DNA of 64,000 nt from an uncultured delta proteobacterium. GTDB lineage: Bacteria; Myxococcota_A; Polyangia; Polyangiales; Polyangiaceae. Location: the NCBI GenBank assembly GCA_963841435.1, contig CAWJCS010000002.1, forward strand, positions 96,001-160,000, given 5' to 3'. Of this stretch, positions 1 through 12,041 are shown piece by piece. The translations under genes and the position numbers were made by a program. Within the stretch, counting starts at the first letter, position 1; every line of letters starts with the position of its first letter. Below the pieces are notes generated by a model. That model was given only the letters and a program-made list of their open reading frames with translations, did not search any database and was not told where the DNA came from.

Positions 1-1
1 T

Positions 2-2351
2 CCCGTCACGCCGCTTTCGCTCACCGAGATCGATCTCGGCCCGTCGGGCTTCGTCGAGGTGGAGAACACCTCGGGCGGCGAGCTCGGGCTCGACGCGTTC
101 GAGCTCGGCGTGGCCGCGAACGAAAGCGTCGGTGTCGCGTTCCCAGGGCCCGAGGGGGGCGTGCGGGTCGAGTGGCCGAAGGCGAGGCTCGGCGCGGGTG
201 AGCGCCTTTCGGTGCCGCTCGACCCCAATCTGCTCGACGAGCTCGGCGACGCGCTCCTCGCCGACGGCGCGGTGTCGCTGTTTCGTCGCGAAGGCGGCAG
301 CGTGGATCGCGTGCCGTTCACCGGGTTCCCGCGGGGCGCGGTGCTCGCGCGTGCCGAGCCGGGCGGCACCTTCCGCTTCTGCACCAACCGCACCCCGGGA
401 GCGCCGAACGACGAATGCGACGAGCTTGGCGAGCGCAGCGTCGGGGACTACGAGCGAGCGCTTTTGACCCCCGACGACTTTCACGAGCTCGCCAAGGCAC
501 GCGGTGGCGTCGGCGCGGAGTCGGTCGAAGTCGTCGTCAACCTGCAAAATGACGATGCCGTCTATTTCCTGAACTCTGGGAGCTTCGACCTTCACTACAC
601 CTTCGTGCGCGAGCGTATCGACGGCGATCCGCATCTGGATCGCTGCGACCCCGAGCAGGGTCGCGAATACACCGACGGCTGGGTCGCGTTCAGCCGCGAG
701 CAGTACTTCCAGGTGACGGGGCGGCGCTACCTACTCGGCACGCTGGTCCGGCACGCGGGCACCGACCTTTCGACGATCGAGTTCGCTCCGGGCGACGTGA
801 TCAGCGCCGAGCAGATGACGCGCCTGTTCTTCGACGTGACGGCGCGGCTCCCCGATCCGAAGGCCTGGAAGCTGCGCCCGCAGACCCAGGACCAGATCGA
901 CCGGCTGCGCGCCATCGAGGGGTCGCTGCCGATCGTCGGCCCCAACGCGCCGTTCGTCGGGCTCACGTTCCAGGCGCTCACGCCGGGCGTCGCCTACGGC
1001 ACGCTGCGCTTCGTGCCGTCACAGGAGGTCGAACTCGGCCCCGATCGGCCCGCGCGACATCGTCGTCACCGACGAGGTGCCGAACGACATCCCTCTCATC
1101 GGCGGGCTCGTCACCGAGGCGTTCCAGACGCCGCTCGCCCACGTCAACGTGCTGAGCCGCGGACGCGGCACGCCGAACATGGCGCTCCACGACGCGCGTC
1201 ACGACCCGCGCCTTTTGCCCTACTTCGACCAGGTGGTGCGACTCGAGGTGTCGGGAACCGACTTCGACGTGGCGCCCGCCGTGCCCGAGGAGGCGCTTGG
1301 GTACTGGCAGAGCAGGCTACCGTCCGAGCCGCGCGTTCCCAGGATGGACACGAGCGTTCGCGGCGTGCAGCCGCTCTCGGAGCGTGGGCTCGCCGACATC
1401 CCGTCGATCGGTGGGAAGGCCGCGCAACTCGCAGAGCTCGGGCGCGTTTCGCTTTGTCAGGGTCCCGTGTCGACGCCGGATCGCCCGTTCGCGATTCCGG
1501 TCGTGCATTCGCTCGAGCACTACCGGGCGAGCGGGGCGCTCGCTCTCTTGGATCGGCTGCGGGCCGACCCGAATTTCGAGGTCGATCCGCTGGCGCGCAG
1601 CCGCGGCCTCGCTGAGGTTCGCTCGCTCGTCACCCGCTACCCGATGGATGCCGACCTGCTCGCCGAGGTTCGCGCCGCCGTGCTCGAGCGCTGGCCGGGC
1701 GTGGCCGTGCGCTTTCGGAGCAGCAGCAACACCGAGGATCTGCCGGGCTTCAGCGGCGCCGGGCTCTACACCTCCGAGGGCGTCGACGCCCAGGACATCC
1801 CCGCCGGCATCGAGGACGCCGTGCGTACCGTTTGGGCGAGCTTGTGGGAGCGACGCGGCTACGAGGAGCGGGAGTTCTCGGGCGTCGACCAGCACTCGGT
1901 GGCGATGGCTGTGCTCGTCCACCCGGCGTTTCGCTCGGAACGCGCGAACGGCGTTGCCATCAGCCGGGACGCGCTCCAGCCGACGCGCAACGACCGCTAC
2001 TACGTGAACGCCCAGATCGGCGAGGCGCTCGTCACCAACCCCGCGCCCGGCATCGAAAGCGACGAGCTGACTTACTCGCTCTTTCGCGTGCCGCGCGTGC
2101 AGTATTTCTCGCACAGCACCTTCTCGCCCGCCGTGCCCGTGGCGAGCGAGGCCGAGCTCGGCTTCCTCGTCTGCAACCTCCAGCAGATCCACGAGCATTT
2201 CCGGCCGCTGCTCGATCCCGAACAGAAGAACCCGTGGTTTGCGATGGACATCGAGTGGAAGCTCATGGGCGACGAGCGCGCGCTCGTCATCAAGCAAGCG
2301 CGCTCGTACTCGTTCGGCGCCGAGACGCAGTATGGCTGGTGCGATTTTTGA
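2..2351 (+). CDS. PEP/pyruvate-binding (PPDK_N / PEP-synthase-like) domain protein, 5'-partial, one frameshift near 1038
   Basis: The open frame runs from the window edge (PVTPLSLTEIDLGPSGFVEVENTSG) to ~1038. Removing one base (ctcggccccgatc) joins it to IGPRDIVVTDEVPNDIP...QTPLAHVNVLSRGRGTPN, IGGKAAQLAEL, RFRSSSNTEDLPGFSGAGLYTS and MDIEWK...IKQAR, which are PPDK_N/PPS nucleotide-binding motifs. Confidence 0.8.
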
Positions 2352-2370
2352 GCGCCGCGCGGAAGGGGTG

Positions 2371-5300
2371 TTAGCCCTGCACGCGCCGCGCGCGGTCGTT
2401 CAAGACGACGCGCCAGGCATCGAGCCGGCCGCGCGCGAGGTCGGACCAGCGAAAGTGAAAGAGCCGAGCGAGCAGCTGCGGGGCGTGGTCGCCGGCGCGG
2501 GATCGCGGACCGAAAACCTCCGCGGCCGATTCGACGGATTCGAGCGCCTGATCGAGGTCGTTGTTCTCGGCCTCGAGCCAGGCACGCGTGAGCAAGAAAT
2601 GCTGGCGCGGCTCGGGATCTTCCACGGCGATGCGGCTGCACTCTTCCAGTAGCTCGCGCGCCCGCGCGGAATCGTGTCGGAAGAGCGAGACCTGCGCGAG
2701 GATGAGCTTGGTCTCCATCACGCCCCAGGGGTCGTTCGTCTTGGCGTAGAGGCGATGCGCGCGCTCGCCGTGCATCTCGGCCATTTCAACGTCGTCGGTG
2801 TCGATGCCGATCATCGCGAGCAGGCGGTCGCAGGCGGCCTGGCCGCGCGGCGTGCGTAGCGTCTCGAAGACGGCGAGTGCCTCGAGCGCGCCGACCTCCG
2901 CGCCGTGGTAGTTCATCAAACGGTGCTCGACGTGCGCGAGCGACGCGTCGGCCTGCGCCGTGCCGAGGCGGTAACCAGCGCGCTCGAACTCGGCGCGGGC
3001 TTCGGACGCGAAGCGCCGGGAGCGCTCCGTGGCGCCCTCGGAATGCTCGATCCACGAGAGCAGGAGCAGACATTGCCCTCGACCGAGCGGCTGATCGAGC
3101 TCCGCGAAGTTTCGCTCCGCGTGCACGATGGTGTCGCGGGCCTGCTCGTAGTCGCCCAGCATGTACTCGATTTCCCCGGCCACCGACTGACACAGCGCCT
3201 TGCCGAGCACGTTGCCGAGGCCCTCGAAGGTCGCGAGCGCGCGGCGCACGAGCTCCAGGCCCTCCGCGGACGCGCCCTGCTCGCTCGCGAGGTGACCGAG
3301 CAGGCGCTGGCAATGTGCGATGTTTTCGCCGTCGCCGAGCTCCTCGAAACGCGAGCGAGCGAGCTCGGCGTACGTGCTCGCCTCCGCCATACGCCCGACG
3401 TGCCCCAGCGCCTCGGCTTGCCAGCGGTTCTTGAGAGCCAGGGTGCGCCCGCGCAGCTTGCCCTTGAGCAGCTCGAGGTCGGACAGCGTGGCGAGCGGCT
3501 CGCGCGCACCGTTCCAGCTTTGCTGCAAGAAGTCGAACAGCAGAAGCGCGGCGGTGTCCGAATCGTTCGCCTCGATCAGGTTTACCATCCGCTGGCGCAC
3601 GATGCGGCGCTCGTTCGCGAGCGGGTGCAGCGTGAGCGCGGCGGCGGCGGCACGGAAGATCTTCGCGCGATCGGCGCGGCCCTGGAGCCGTGACAGGAGG
3701 TGCTCCTGCAAGAGCTCGTGGGGCCAGCTGTAGCGGCCGGGCCCACGCGGGATCAGGACTTCGGCGTTGGCCAGGCTCAGCATGGCGCTGTCGGCGGGCT
3801 GCCCGAGCGAGCTCAAAAGGGCGTGCAGCACGTTGCGCCGCACGTCGCCGCCGAGCGTCGCCGCGGCGTAAGCGGCGACGCGGTGCTGCTCCGGCACGGC
3901 CGCGAGCCGGCTGTCCCAGAGCTCCGCGGTCGTCTGCGGGCGCACCAGCAGCACGTCGTTCGGGACCTTGTAGACGCTGCCGCGAAACTCCATGTGCCCG
4001 GAGAGCGCCCACGCGTGGAGCTGCTGCAGCGCGAACAGCGGGTTGCCGCGGCTGCGCCGCGCCGCTTCCTCCGCGGCGGCTTCGTCGAGGGGCAAGGACT
4101 GGCGGATGAGCTCGAGCGTGCGCTCGGGTGTGAGCGGCGGCACCTCCATCACGGCGCCCCTCGTCGCCTCGCGGAGCTGCCTGAGGCGCTCGGCGGCCGA
4201 CGTGCCGAGCGCGACCTCCTCCGAGCGCGCGGTGACGAGCATGAGAATCCGCTGGTCGGGCTCGTCCTCGAGAATGCGCAAGAGGCCGTCGATCGTCGCG
4301 GGCCCGGCGTTGTGCAAGTCGTCGAGCCAGAAAAGGAGCGGGCGCTTGCGCGAGATCTTGCGCAGGGTGTAGCGGATCACCATGCGCCGCGTCTCGAGCG
4401 TGTCGAGCGTGAAGCGGATGCCGCTCGGACCGATGGTCTGCTCGGGGCCCATCGGACGCAGCCATTCCGCTGCGCCGGCGACCCAGGCGCGCCCGTTCTT
4501 GTCGTCGCGGCGCACCTTCCAGCGATCGAGCAACGAGCGCTCGATGGTGTGCCGGTCGACGCGCTCGAAGTTGTAATAGGAAAGGACGGCGCCGAGCATG
4601 CCGTCGAGGGGGCTTCGGATGGCGCGGTAGCGGGCGCGCAACGGCACCATCGCGCCTTCCTCGTGCGTCACCTCGCACAGCCACTCGGCGATGCGGCTCT
4701 TGCCCGATCCGGCGGGCCCGACGAGCATCGCCATGCGGTGCGGCGTGCCTTCGCCGTCGACGAGCTCGTTGTACATCTGGCGCAGCGTCGAGCGCACTTC
4801 CTCGCGACCCACGAGTGGGCTCGGGCGGATGCTGAGCAAGCCCGGCGGGCGGTCGGGCGCCGGCTCGAGATCGGGGTTCGGCGACTGCGCGCCGCTCGGA
4901 CGCGTGGGCGCCGGTTGCTCGCTCGCGCGCTGCGGCATCTGGAAGCGCCAGGTCTTGACGTCGGCGCCCGGTCGCCAGCGCGACCAATCCGCGCGTGCCT
5001 CCGCCGCGAACTCCCAGCGATCCCAGGGTCGCTTGGCGAGCAGGCGCATCACGAACTCGACCACGCCGGTCGGCAGCTCGGTGACCGGTTTGAGCTCGGG
5101 CGGCGGGTCGAACGCGTGCACCCGGAGTAGCTCCTTCGAGTTCCCCGAGAACGGCGCCTTGCCGCCGAGCATTCGGTAAAGGACGCAGCCGAGCGCGTAG
5201 AGGTCGGTGGCCCCGCACACGTGGTGCATCTCGTGCTGGATCTGCTCGGGCGCCATGTAGCCCGGCGTCCCGGCGCCGGCGTGCGGCGCAAACTCCATGG

Positions 5301-6192
5301 GTTTCGAGCCGCTCAGGCGCTCGTCCTGGGCGTCGAGGCGCAGCCAGGCGAGCCCGAAATCCAGCACGTGGATCGTGGGAGGCTCGGTGTCGTGGCGCTC
5401 GACGAGAACGTTCGAGGGCTTGAGATCACCGTGGATGACGCCGCGTGCGTGAGCGTGGGCGAGCGCCGCGAGGATCTGATCGACGATCGACCAAATGATC
5501 GGAAATCCGAGGCGTGCGTGCGTGAGATCGTGCAGGGACGCCCCCGTCACGAGCTCCATGGCCAAGAAGGGCGAGCCGTCGCGCAGCTGTCCGAAGTCGT
5601 GGGCGCGCACGATGTTCGGGTGGTCGAGGGCCGCGAGCGCGCGCGCCTCCTTGTAGAACCACATCACGTACTCGTGAGCGAGGTTGCCGGGCGGCGGGAT
5701 GACGCGCTTGATCGCAACGTGCTGCTGCGTCGAACGGTCCCGGCAGCGATAGACGATGCCCATGCCGCCCTCGCCGAGCACGCCGAGCACGTCGTAGCGG
5801 TTCGCGATGATGTGCCCGGGCAGCACGGCGGTGCTGCCGCGCGGGCTCGGATGGACCGAAGCCGCAGCGGCCGAGGGAATGCTCGGGGGCGCGCTGTCCG
5901 GGCCCTCGCCGCGCTCCGCGACCACGCGTGGGGCGGGCTCCGGATCCGTCTTTGGAGGCTCGGGACGGTCGGCGTCGACCTCTGCGATGTCGCTCTCGTC
6001 GATGCGCGCGTCCTCCTCGACGGGATCCCTGGTCACCGCGCCCGTGCCGGGCTGGGCCGTCGGGGCTCGGGCGTCACCGGTCGAGCGCGAGTGGGTGCTC
6101 GGATCTGGACGCACGGCGGCCTGTGGCCGGGGCTCCGATGATTCTTCCGGCGCTTCGCCCTCGTCGTTGCCGGCTCGGCTCGGCGTTGGCAT
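2371..6192 (-). CDS. Ser/Thr protein kinase fused to a P-loop (STAND/AAA_16-like) ATPase and C-terminal TPR region
   Basis: Kinase motifs LGEGGMGIVY, VAIK, HGDLKPSN, DFG, GTPGYMAPE; Walker A GPAGSGKS; Walker B LLFWLDDLH; GNPLF motif; helical TPR-like repeats. Confidence 0.9.
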   Translation of the reverse strand: MPTPSRAGNDEGEAPEESSEPRPQAAVRPDPSTHSRSTGDARAPTAQPGTGAVTRDPVEEDARIDESDIAEVDADRPEPPKTDPEPAPRVVAERGEGPDSAPPSIPSAAAASVHPSPRGSTAVLPGHIIANRYDVLGVLGEGGMGIVYRCRDRSTQQHVAIKRVIPPPGNLAHEYVMWFYKEARALAALDHPNIVRAHDFGQLRDGSPFLAMELVTGASLHDLTHARLGFPIIWSIVDQILAALAHAHARGVIHGDLKPSNVLVERHDTEPPTIHVLDFGLAWLRLDAQDERLSGSKPMEFAPHAGAGTPGYMAPEQIQHEMHHVCGATDLYALGCVLYRMLGGKAPFSGNSKELLRVHAFDPPPELKPVTELPTGVVEFVMRLLAKRPWDRWEFAAEARADWSRWRPGADVKTWRFQMPQRASEQPAPTRPSGAQSPNPDLEPAPDRPPGLLSIRPSPLVGREEVRSTLRQMYNELVDGEGTPHRMAMLVGPAGSGKSRIAEWLCEVTHEEGAMVPLRARYRAIRSPLDGMLGAVLSYYNFERVDRHTIERSLLDRWKVRRDDKNGRAWVAGAAEWLRPMGPEQTIGPSGIRFTLDTLETRRMVIRYTLRKISRKRPLLFWLDDLHNAGPATIDGLLRILEDEPDQRILMLVTARSEEVALGTSAAERLRQLREATRGAVMEVPPLTPERTLELIRQSLPLDEAAAEEAARRSRGNPLFALQQLHAWALSGHMEFRGSVYKVPNDVLLVRPQTTAELWDSRLAAVPEQHRVAAYAAATLGGDVRRNVLHALLSSLGQPADSAMLSLANAEVLIPRGPGRYSWPHELLQEHLLSRLQGRADRAKIFRAAAAALTLHPLANERRIVRQRMVNLIEANDSDTAALLLFDFLQQSWNGAREPLATLSDLELLKGKLRGRTLALKNRWQAEALGHVGRMAEASTYAELARSRFEELGDGENIAHCQRLLGHLASEQGASAEGLELVRRALATFEGLGNVLGKALCQSVAGEIEYMLGDYEQARDTIVHAERNFAELDQPLGRGQCLLLLSWIEHSEGATERSRRFASEARAEFERAGYRLGTAQADASLAHVEHRLMNYHGAEVGALEALAVFETLRTPRGQAACDRLLAMIGIDTDDVEMAEMHGERAHRLYAKTNDPWGVMETKLILAQVSLFRHDSARARELLEECSRIAVEDPEPRQHFLLTRAWLEAENNDLDQALESVESAAEVFGPRSRAGDHAPQLLARLFHFRWSDLARGRLDAWRVVLNDRARRVQG

Positions 6193-6357
6193 CGCTGAAG
6201 CGCACGATCCTACTCGCTAGTGAGCGCTCGTCGAGCAAACACGTCGAAGCCGTCAGCCGGCCTTCCAGCCAGCCTGCACCTTGCTTCGGGAATGCGAAAC
6301 CCGGCCGCCACGGGGGCGTCCGCAGGGGCTTTTGGTGGTGCTAGCCTCCGCGCTCCC

Positions 6358-7614
6358 ATGTCGAGCCGTGACCCCGAGCTTAGCGAGCGTGACCCCGAGA
6401 TTCACCGCCTGATCTGCGAAGAAGAGGCCCTCGAGAGCCGTACGCTACGGCTCATCCCGAGTGAGAACTACGTTTCGCGCGCCGTGCTCGAGGCGTCCGG
6501 GTCGATCCTCACGAACAAGTACTCGGAAGGATACCCCGGAAAAAGATACTACGAGGGCCAAGCGGTCATCGACAAGGTCGAGGAGATCGCGCGCACACGC
6601 CTCCGGGAGCTCTTCGGTGCCGAGCACGTGAACGTGCAGCCCTACAGCGGCAGTCCGGCGAACCTCGCCGTTTACCTTGCGTTCTGCGCGCCCGGAGATC
6701 CGATCATGGGTCTCGGCCTGCCGTTCGGCGGGCACCTCACGCACGGCTGGAACGTGAGCATCACGGGTCGCTACTTCAAGAGCGTTCCCTACGGCGTGAG
6801 CCCGAAGGATCATCGCATCGACCTCGACGAGGTGCGGCGCCTCGCCCGCGAGCACCGTCCGAAGATCCTTTGGTGTGGCACGAGCGCCTACCCGCGCACG
6901 CTGGATTTTCCGGCCTTTCGCGCGATCGCCGACGAAGTGGGCGCGAAGCTCTGCGCCGACATCGCGCACATCGCCGGGCTCGTCGTGGGCGGCGCGCATC
7001 CGTCCCCCGTCGGCATCGCCGACGTCGTGACGAGCACCACGCACAAGACGCTGCGTGGTCCGCGTGGCGGCATCATCTTGTGCAAGACCGAGCACGCCAA
7101 GGATATCGATCGTGCCGTGTTCCCCGGTCTGCAGGGCGGCCCGCACAACCACACGACGGCCGCCATTGCCGTCGCCGCCAGAGAAGCGGCTGAGCCTTCG
7201 TTTCGCACGTACGCCAAGAACGTCGTCGAGAACGCGAAGACGCTCGCGGAGGGTCTGCTCTCGCGCGGGTTTTCGCTCGTCACGGGTGGCACCGACAATC
7301 ACCTCGTGCTCATCGACCTCACGGCCCGCGGCGTGCCCGGCAAGGTTGCGGCCAAGGCGCTCGACCGCGCGGGCATCACGGCGAACTACAACGCCGTGCC
7401 CTTCGATCCGCGAAAGCCGTTCGACCCGTCGGGGCTTCGGCTCGGCACGCCCGCCGTGACGTCGCGGGGCATGGGCCCAGGCGAAATGACGCGCCTTTCC
7501 GGCTGGATCGACGAAGTCGTCAAGGCTCCCGACGACAGCGCGACGATCGCGCGCATCGCCGGCGAGGTTGCCGACCTCTGCAAGAGCTTCCCCGCGCCGG
7601 GTCTGCGCGTCTGA
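6358..7614 (+). CDS. glyA: Serine hydroxymethyltransferase
   Basis: LIPSENY, NKYSEGYPGKRYYEG, GGHLTHG, PLP-lysine motif TSTTHKTLRGPRGG, FPGLQGGP. ATG at 6358 preferred over the ORF-track start at 6220. Confidence 0.97.
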   Translation: MSSRDPELSERDPEIHRLICEEEALESRTLRLIPSENYVSRAVLEASGSILTNKYSEGYPGKRYYEGQAVIDKVEEIARTRLRELFGAEHVNVQPYSGSPANLAVYLAFCAPGDPIMGLGLPFGGHLTHGWNVSITGRYFKSVPYGVSPKDHRIDLDEVRRLAREHRPKILWCGTSAYPRTLDFPAFRAIADEVGAKLCADIAHIAGLVVGGAHPSPVGIADVVTSTTHKTLRGPRGGIILCKTEHAKDIDRAVFPGLQGGPHNHTTAAIAVAAREAAEPSFRTYAKNVVENAKTLAEGLLSRGFSLVTGGTDNHLVLIDLTARGVPGKVAAKALDRAGITANYNAVPFDPRKPFDPSGLRLGTPAVTSRGMGPGEMTRLSGWIDEVVKAPDDSATIARIAGEVADLCKSFPAPGLRV

Positions 7615-7654
7615 CGCGGCGTCACGAAACGCTTCGACCCCGCGCCGCGTGTTT

Positions 7655-10600
7655 TCAGGGCACGGAGCCGGCGGCCCCGCGTGCGCGCCGTGACAGCGAC
7701 GCGTTCGGGCCGGCGCTGCCGAGGTACGCGCGGACGCCTGGTGCGAGCGGGCGGCGGATGAGCGCGGCGTCGAGCTCGGCCTCTTCCACGGCGGTCGCGT
7801 CGACGAGCAACCGCGTTTCGGCGCCTTCACGCGCGGCGACCGGGACTCCATCCCGATAGAGCACGCGGTTGCCGGCGAGCGCGGCGACGCGGCGCCCCGG
7901 CGTGAGCACTCCCACCACGTTGAGCGGATCGGCGGCGCTCACGGCGAAGAGCGTGCCGTTCTTCGGCAGCTTGCGCGCCGCGCGAAGGCCCGTGACGGCC
8001 TCGGGCAGCGCGTACTGCTCGCCCGTGAAGCCCGCGACGAAGCGTCCGCCGCGGATTTCCCCGCGCGCCTCGAGCCTGCGGTAGCAAGCGAGCAAGTCGC
8101 GCCAGGGTGGCAACGCGCCCTCGCGGTCGATGACGCGCCGGAACACGATGCCCCAGCGCCTCAAGAGCGCGCGAGCGATCGCCTCGACGTCCTCGTCGCT
8201 CGCCTTTTCTTCGCGGCTCGGCGCGGAGAACAACGCCCAGCGGCCGGCGCTCTCCATGCCGAGCACGGCCCCGCGGCCGCGGCGCCGTCCGTGCTCGCTT
8301 TCGCGGCGGCGGCTCGCCGGCACGAGCAGCGCGCGCAGCCCCGTGAAACCGTCGGAGCCAACGAGCCCCCGTGACACGAGCTCGCCGAGCGCCTCCTCCA
8401 CCTCGATACGCAAGAGCCCCGTGGCGCTCACGACGTCGTCGAAGAACGACGCGCCCGAGCGCTCGAGCGCCGTCTTCACCTTCGCGGCGGCATGCGACAC
8501 GGCTTCGCCGGACCCGGCGGGCGCGAGCGAGGACCAGCGCTCGACGGCGCTGCGCGGCACGAGCGCGATGGGCGTGGAGCGCACGGGCGTCGAGCCCGAT
8601 TCGGTCGGAGTGCGCCGCAGCCAGCTCACCGTGCCCGAAAGACACAGGCCGTCGAGCCACGCCGGATCGTAGTGCGTGACGCGGACCGGCAACGAATCCG
8701 CCTCCCACGAGCCAGCCGGTGCCTCGAACCCTTCGAGCAGCTCGAGCGCGGCGCGCACGCCTGTCGGGCCTTCGAGGCGCTCCGTGCCGGCACGCTGCCA
8801 CGCAAATAGGAAGCGCACGAAATCCTGCTGGGTGACGGGCTCGATCTCGGCGCGCAGCCGGTCGATCGTCATGCGGTGAATGCGCGCGAGCAGGCGCCGC
8901 TCGCACCACTCGACGGCCGCCCGCGGCGGCGAGCGGAAGGTGCCACGGAAGATCACGCCCTCGCTCTCGAGCGCGGCGAGTGCCACCTCGACGTCCGGCT
9001 CGGGCACGTCGAGCGACGCCGCGAGCTCGGCGGCCGTCGTGGGACCCACGCCTTCGAGCCGCGAGCGAAGAAGCTCGCGCAGCGCGACATCGGGCGGCAC
9101 GGGCTCGCCCAGAGCGAGGTCGAGCTCAGGCGACACCGCGGCGCCGGGGTGCACGCTTCGCACCTCCGCGAGCCGGTCGGCCGCGACCCAGAGACCGCCC
9201 GCGGCTTCGACGCGCGCTGCACGCCGGCCGGTCGTCAACGCCGTGAAGAGAGGCGCGAGCCCGCCGCGCATCCCCTCGGCCTCGCTGAGGTAGCCGAGCA
9301 CGCCGAGCATGTCGACGAGCTCGTCGGCGTCGCGCGGATCGGGCCAGGCGTCCTCGCAGACGCGGGCGATCGCCGCCTGGTCGAGCGCGCCGAGGTCCTT
9401 GGCCCGGGCCGGATCGAGCCAGCGGCGGCCGAGCACGGCTTGAGTTCGCCGCTCCTCGAGGGGTGCGTCGTCGAGGAACGCGTAGGGCTTGGCCGTGAGG
9501 ATGCCCGCGGCGAACGGCGAGGGCTCGGTGAGATCGCGCGCCACGAGCTCGACCTCGCGCCGTTCGATGCGCTCGACGAGGCGCACGAGGCCGGGACCGT
9601 CCATCGCCTCGGTGGTGGCGTCGTCGAGCGTCTGGCGGACCAGCGGATGGTCGGGGATCTCGCGCTCGCCCACGAGGTTCTCGGCACAGGCGACTTGATC
9701 AGGGAAGCACACCGTCAGAAGGTCGTCGGCATCCATGCGCTGGAAGCGCGGGGGCACCTTCTTGCCACCGCGGAAGCGCAGGACGGCGAGCGAGCGCTGC
9801 GCGTTCCAGCGAAAGCGCGTGCCGAAGACGGGCGCGACGAGCAGCGCCTGAATCAGAGACGTCGAGCGCGTTCTTGCTCTTCAAGAACGACCACACGTCG
9901 GTCACGTCGAAGCTGTGGGTCGGGCCGAGCGAGAGCACGATGGCGTCCTCGTTGGCGGCGGCCTGCAGCTCGAAGTCGAACTTCCGGCAGAAGCACTTCC
10001 TGAGCGCCAGGCCCCAGGCGCGATTGATGCGCCCGCCGAGCGGCGCGTGAACCACGAGGTGCATGCCGCCCGTCTCGTCGAAGAAGCGCTCGAGCACGAG
10101 GCGATCTTCGGTCGGCATGGCGCCGAGCGCCGCGAGGCCGAGGGCGAGAAAATCCACGATCTGGCGGGCGGCGGCCTCGCCGAGGCCGATCTCGCGCTCG
10201 ACGAACCGGCGAGCTTTTTCCGCACCGTCGGGGTCGGCGAGGAGGTCGGCGACGGTCTCGCGTAGCCGCGACACGGCGTGCGACAGCTCCGCCGTACGCG
10301 CCGGTGCCTCACCGAGCCAGAACGGAATCGTCGGCGCCGCACCGCGGGCGTCCTCGACGCGCACGCGCCCCGGCTCGACGCGGCGGATGACGTAGCTCTG
10401 ATTGCCGAGCTGGAACACGTCGCCCGCCATGCTCTCGATCGCGAAATCCTCGTGAATCGAGCCGACCCGCACGCCCTCGGGCTCGAGGATCACTTCGTAG
10501 TCGGCAACGTCCGGAATGGCGCCGCCCGACGTGATGGCCGTGAGGCGCGCGCCGCGGCGCGGCCGGAGCTTCTTCTCCACCGTGTCGCGATGCACGTGCG

Positions 10601-12041
10601 CGCCGCGGCGGCCGCGCGCCGTGGCGAAGCCTTTGGCGAGCATCGTGACGACGGCGTCGAAGGCGTCGCGCGAGAGCGCGCGATACGGATACGCTCGCCG
10701 GCACAGCCCGAAGAGCGCATCCTCGTCCCATTCGCCCTCGGCGGCGACGGTCGCCACGATCTGCTGCGCGAGGATGTCGAGCGGGGCCTCGGGAAGGCGC
10801 ACCTGGTCGAGCTCGCCGCGGCGCACGGCGTCGACCAGCGCGGCCGCCTCGACGAGCTCGTCGCGCGACAGTGGGAACAGGCGCCCCTTGGGCATCCCGC
10901 CCAGAAAATGGCCGGAGCGGCCGACACGCTGCACGAACGCCGCGATCGAGCGCGTCGCGCCCACTTGTACGACGAGATCAACGTCGCCCACGTCGATGCC
11001 GAGCTCGAGTGACGCCGTCGCCACGAGCGCCGACAGCGCGCCGGACTTCAGCCGCTGCTCGGCGAGCAGGCGATGCTCCTTCGACAGGGAGCCGTGGTGC
11101 GACGTGACGCGTTCCTTCCCGAGCCGGTCACCGAGGTTCTTCGCGAGGCGCTCGCAGAGCCTCCGCGTGTTGACGAAGACGAGCGTCGTCTTGTGCTCGC
11201 GGACGAGCTCGGCGATGCGGTCGAATACTTCCTCCCAAACTTCGCCGCTCATCACGGCCTCGAGCGGCGAGGCGGGAACCTCGATCGCGAGATCGCGCGC
11301 GCGCACGTGTCCCGTGTCGACGATCGCGCAGCGCGGGGTGCCGTCGTCCCCGAGACGTCCCGCGCCGACGAGGAAGCGCGCCACCTCCTCGATGGGCTTC
11401 TGCGTGGCGGAAAGGCCAATGCGCTGCACGCGCCGCCCCGTGAGGGCGTCGAGCCGCTCGAGCGACAGCGAAAGGTGGCTGCCGCGTTTGTCCCCGACGA
11501 GCGCGTGGATCTCGTCGACGATGACGGTGCGCACGCTCGAGAGCATGCGGCGCCCCGACTCCGACGTGAGCAGGATGTAGAACGATTCAGGCGTCGTGAC
11601 GTAGACGTGCGGTGGCCGCCCCGTGGCGCGCGCCCGCTCCTTCTGCGGCGTATCGCCGGTGCGGACGGCCGTGCGCACCTCCACGTCGGGGAGGCCGAGG
11701 GCGGCGAGCGACTCGCGAATGCCCGCGAGCGGCTCCACGAGGTTCTTCTGGATGTCGTTCGAGAGCGCGCGGAGAGGGGAGACGTAGAGCACGCGCGTCT
11801 CGTCCGGCAGCGCGCGCTCGACCCCTTCGCGAATCAGCTGATCGATGGCCGAAAGGAACGCCGCGAGCGTCTTCCCCGAGCCGGTGGGCGCTGCGAGCAA
11901 AACGTCCGTCCCGACCTGCGCGTGCGGCCAGGCGCCTGCCTGAGCGTCCGTGGGCGCGTCGAACTTCGCGCAGAACCAGCGCGCGACCGCGGCGTGCAGC
12001 CCCTGCGTCACTTCCCTCGAAATCGGTGCAGCGCTCGACAC
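7655..12041 (-). CDS. lhr: Lhr-family DEAD/DEAH helicase (large form), one frameshift near 9857
   Basis: [55 protein letters not shown]-terminal [23 protein letters not shown]. The two ORFs join in frame ([30 protein letters not shown]) after deleting one base. Start position is approximate. Confidence 0.9.

Noticed and set aside
6220-6357. N-terminal extensions given by the ORF track for glyA (also hemA, ACBP, the AKR and the ABC-F genes)
   Set aside because: They arise from choosing the farthest start codon; family-like sequence begins at the downstream starts used here.
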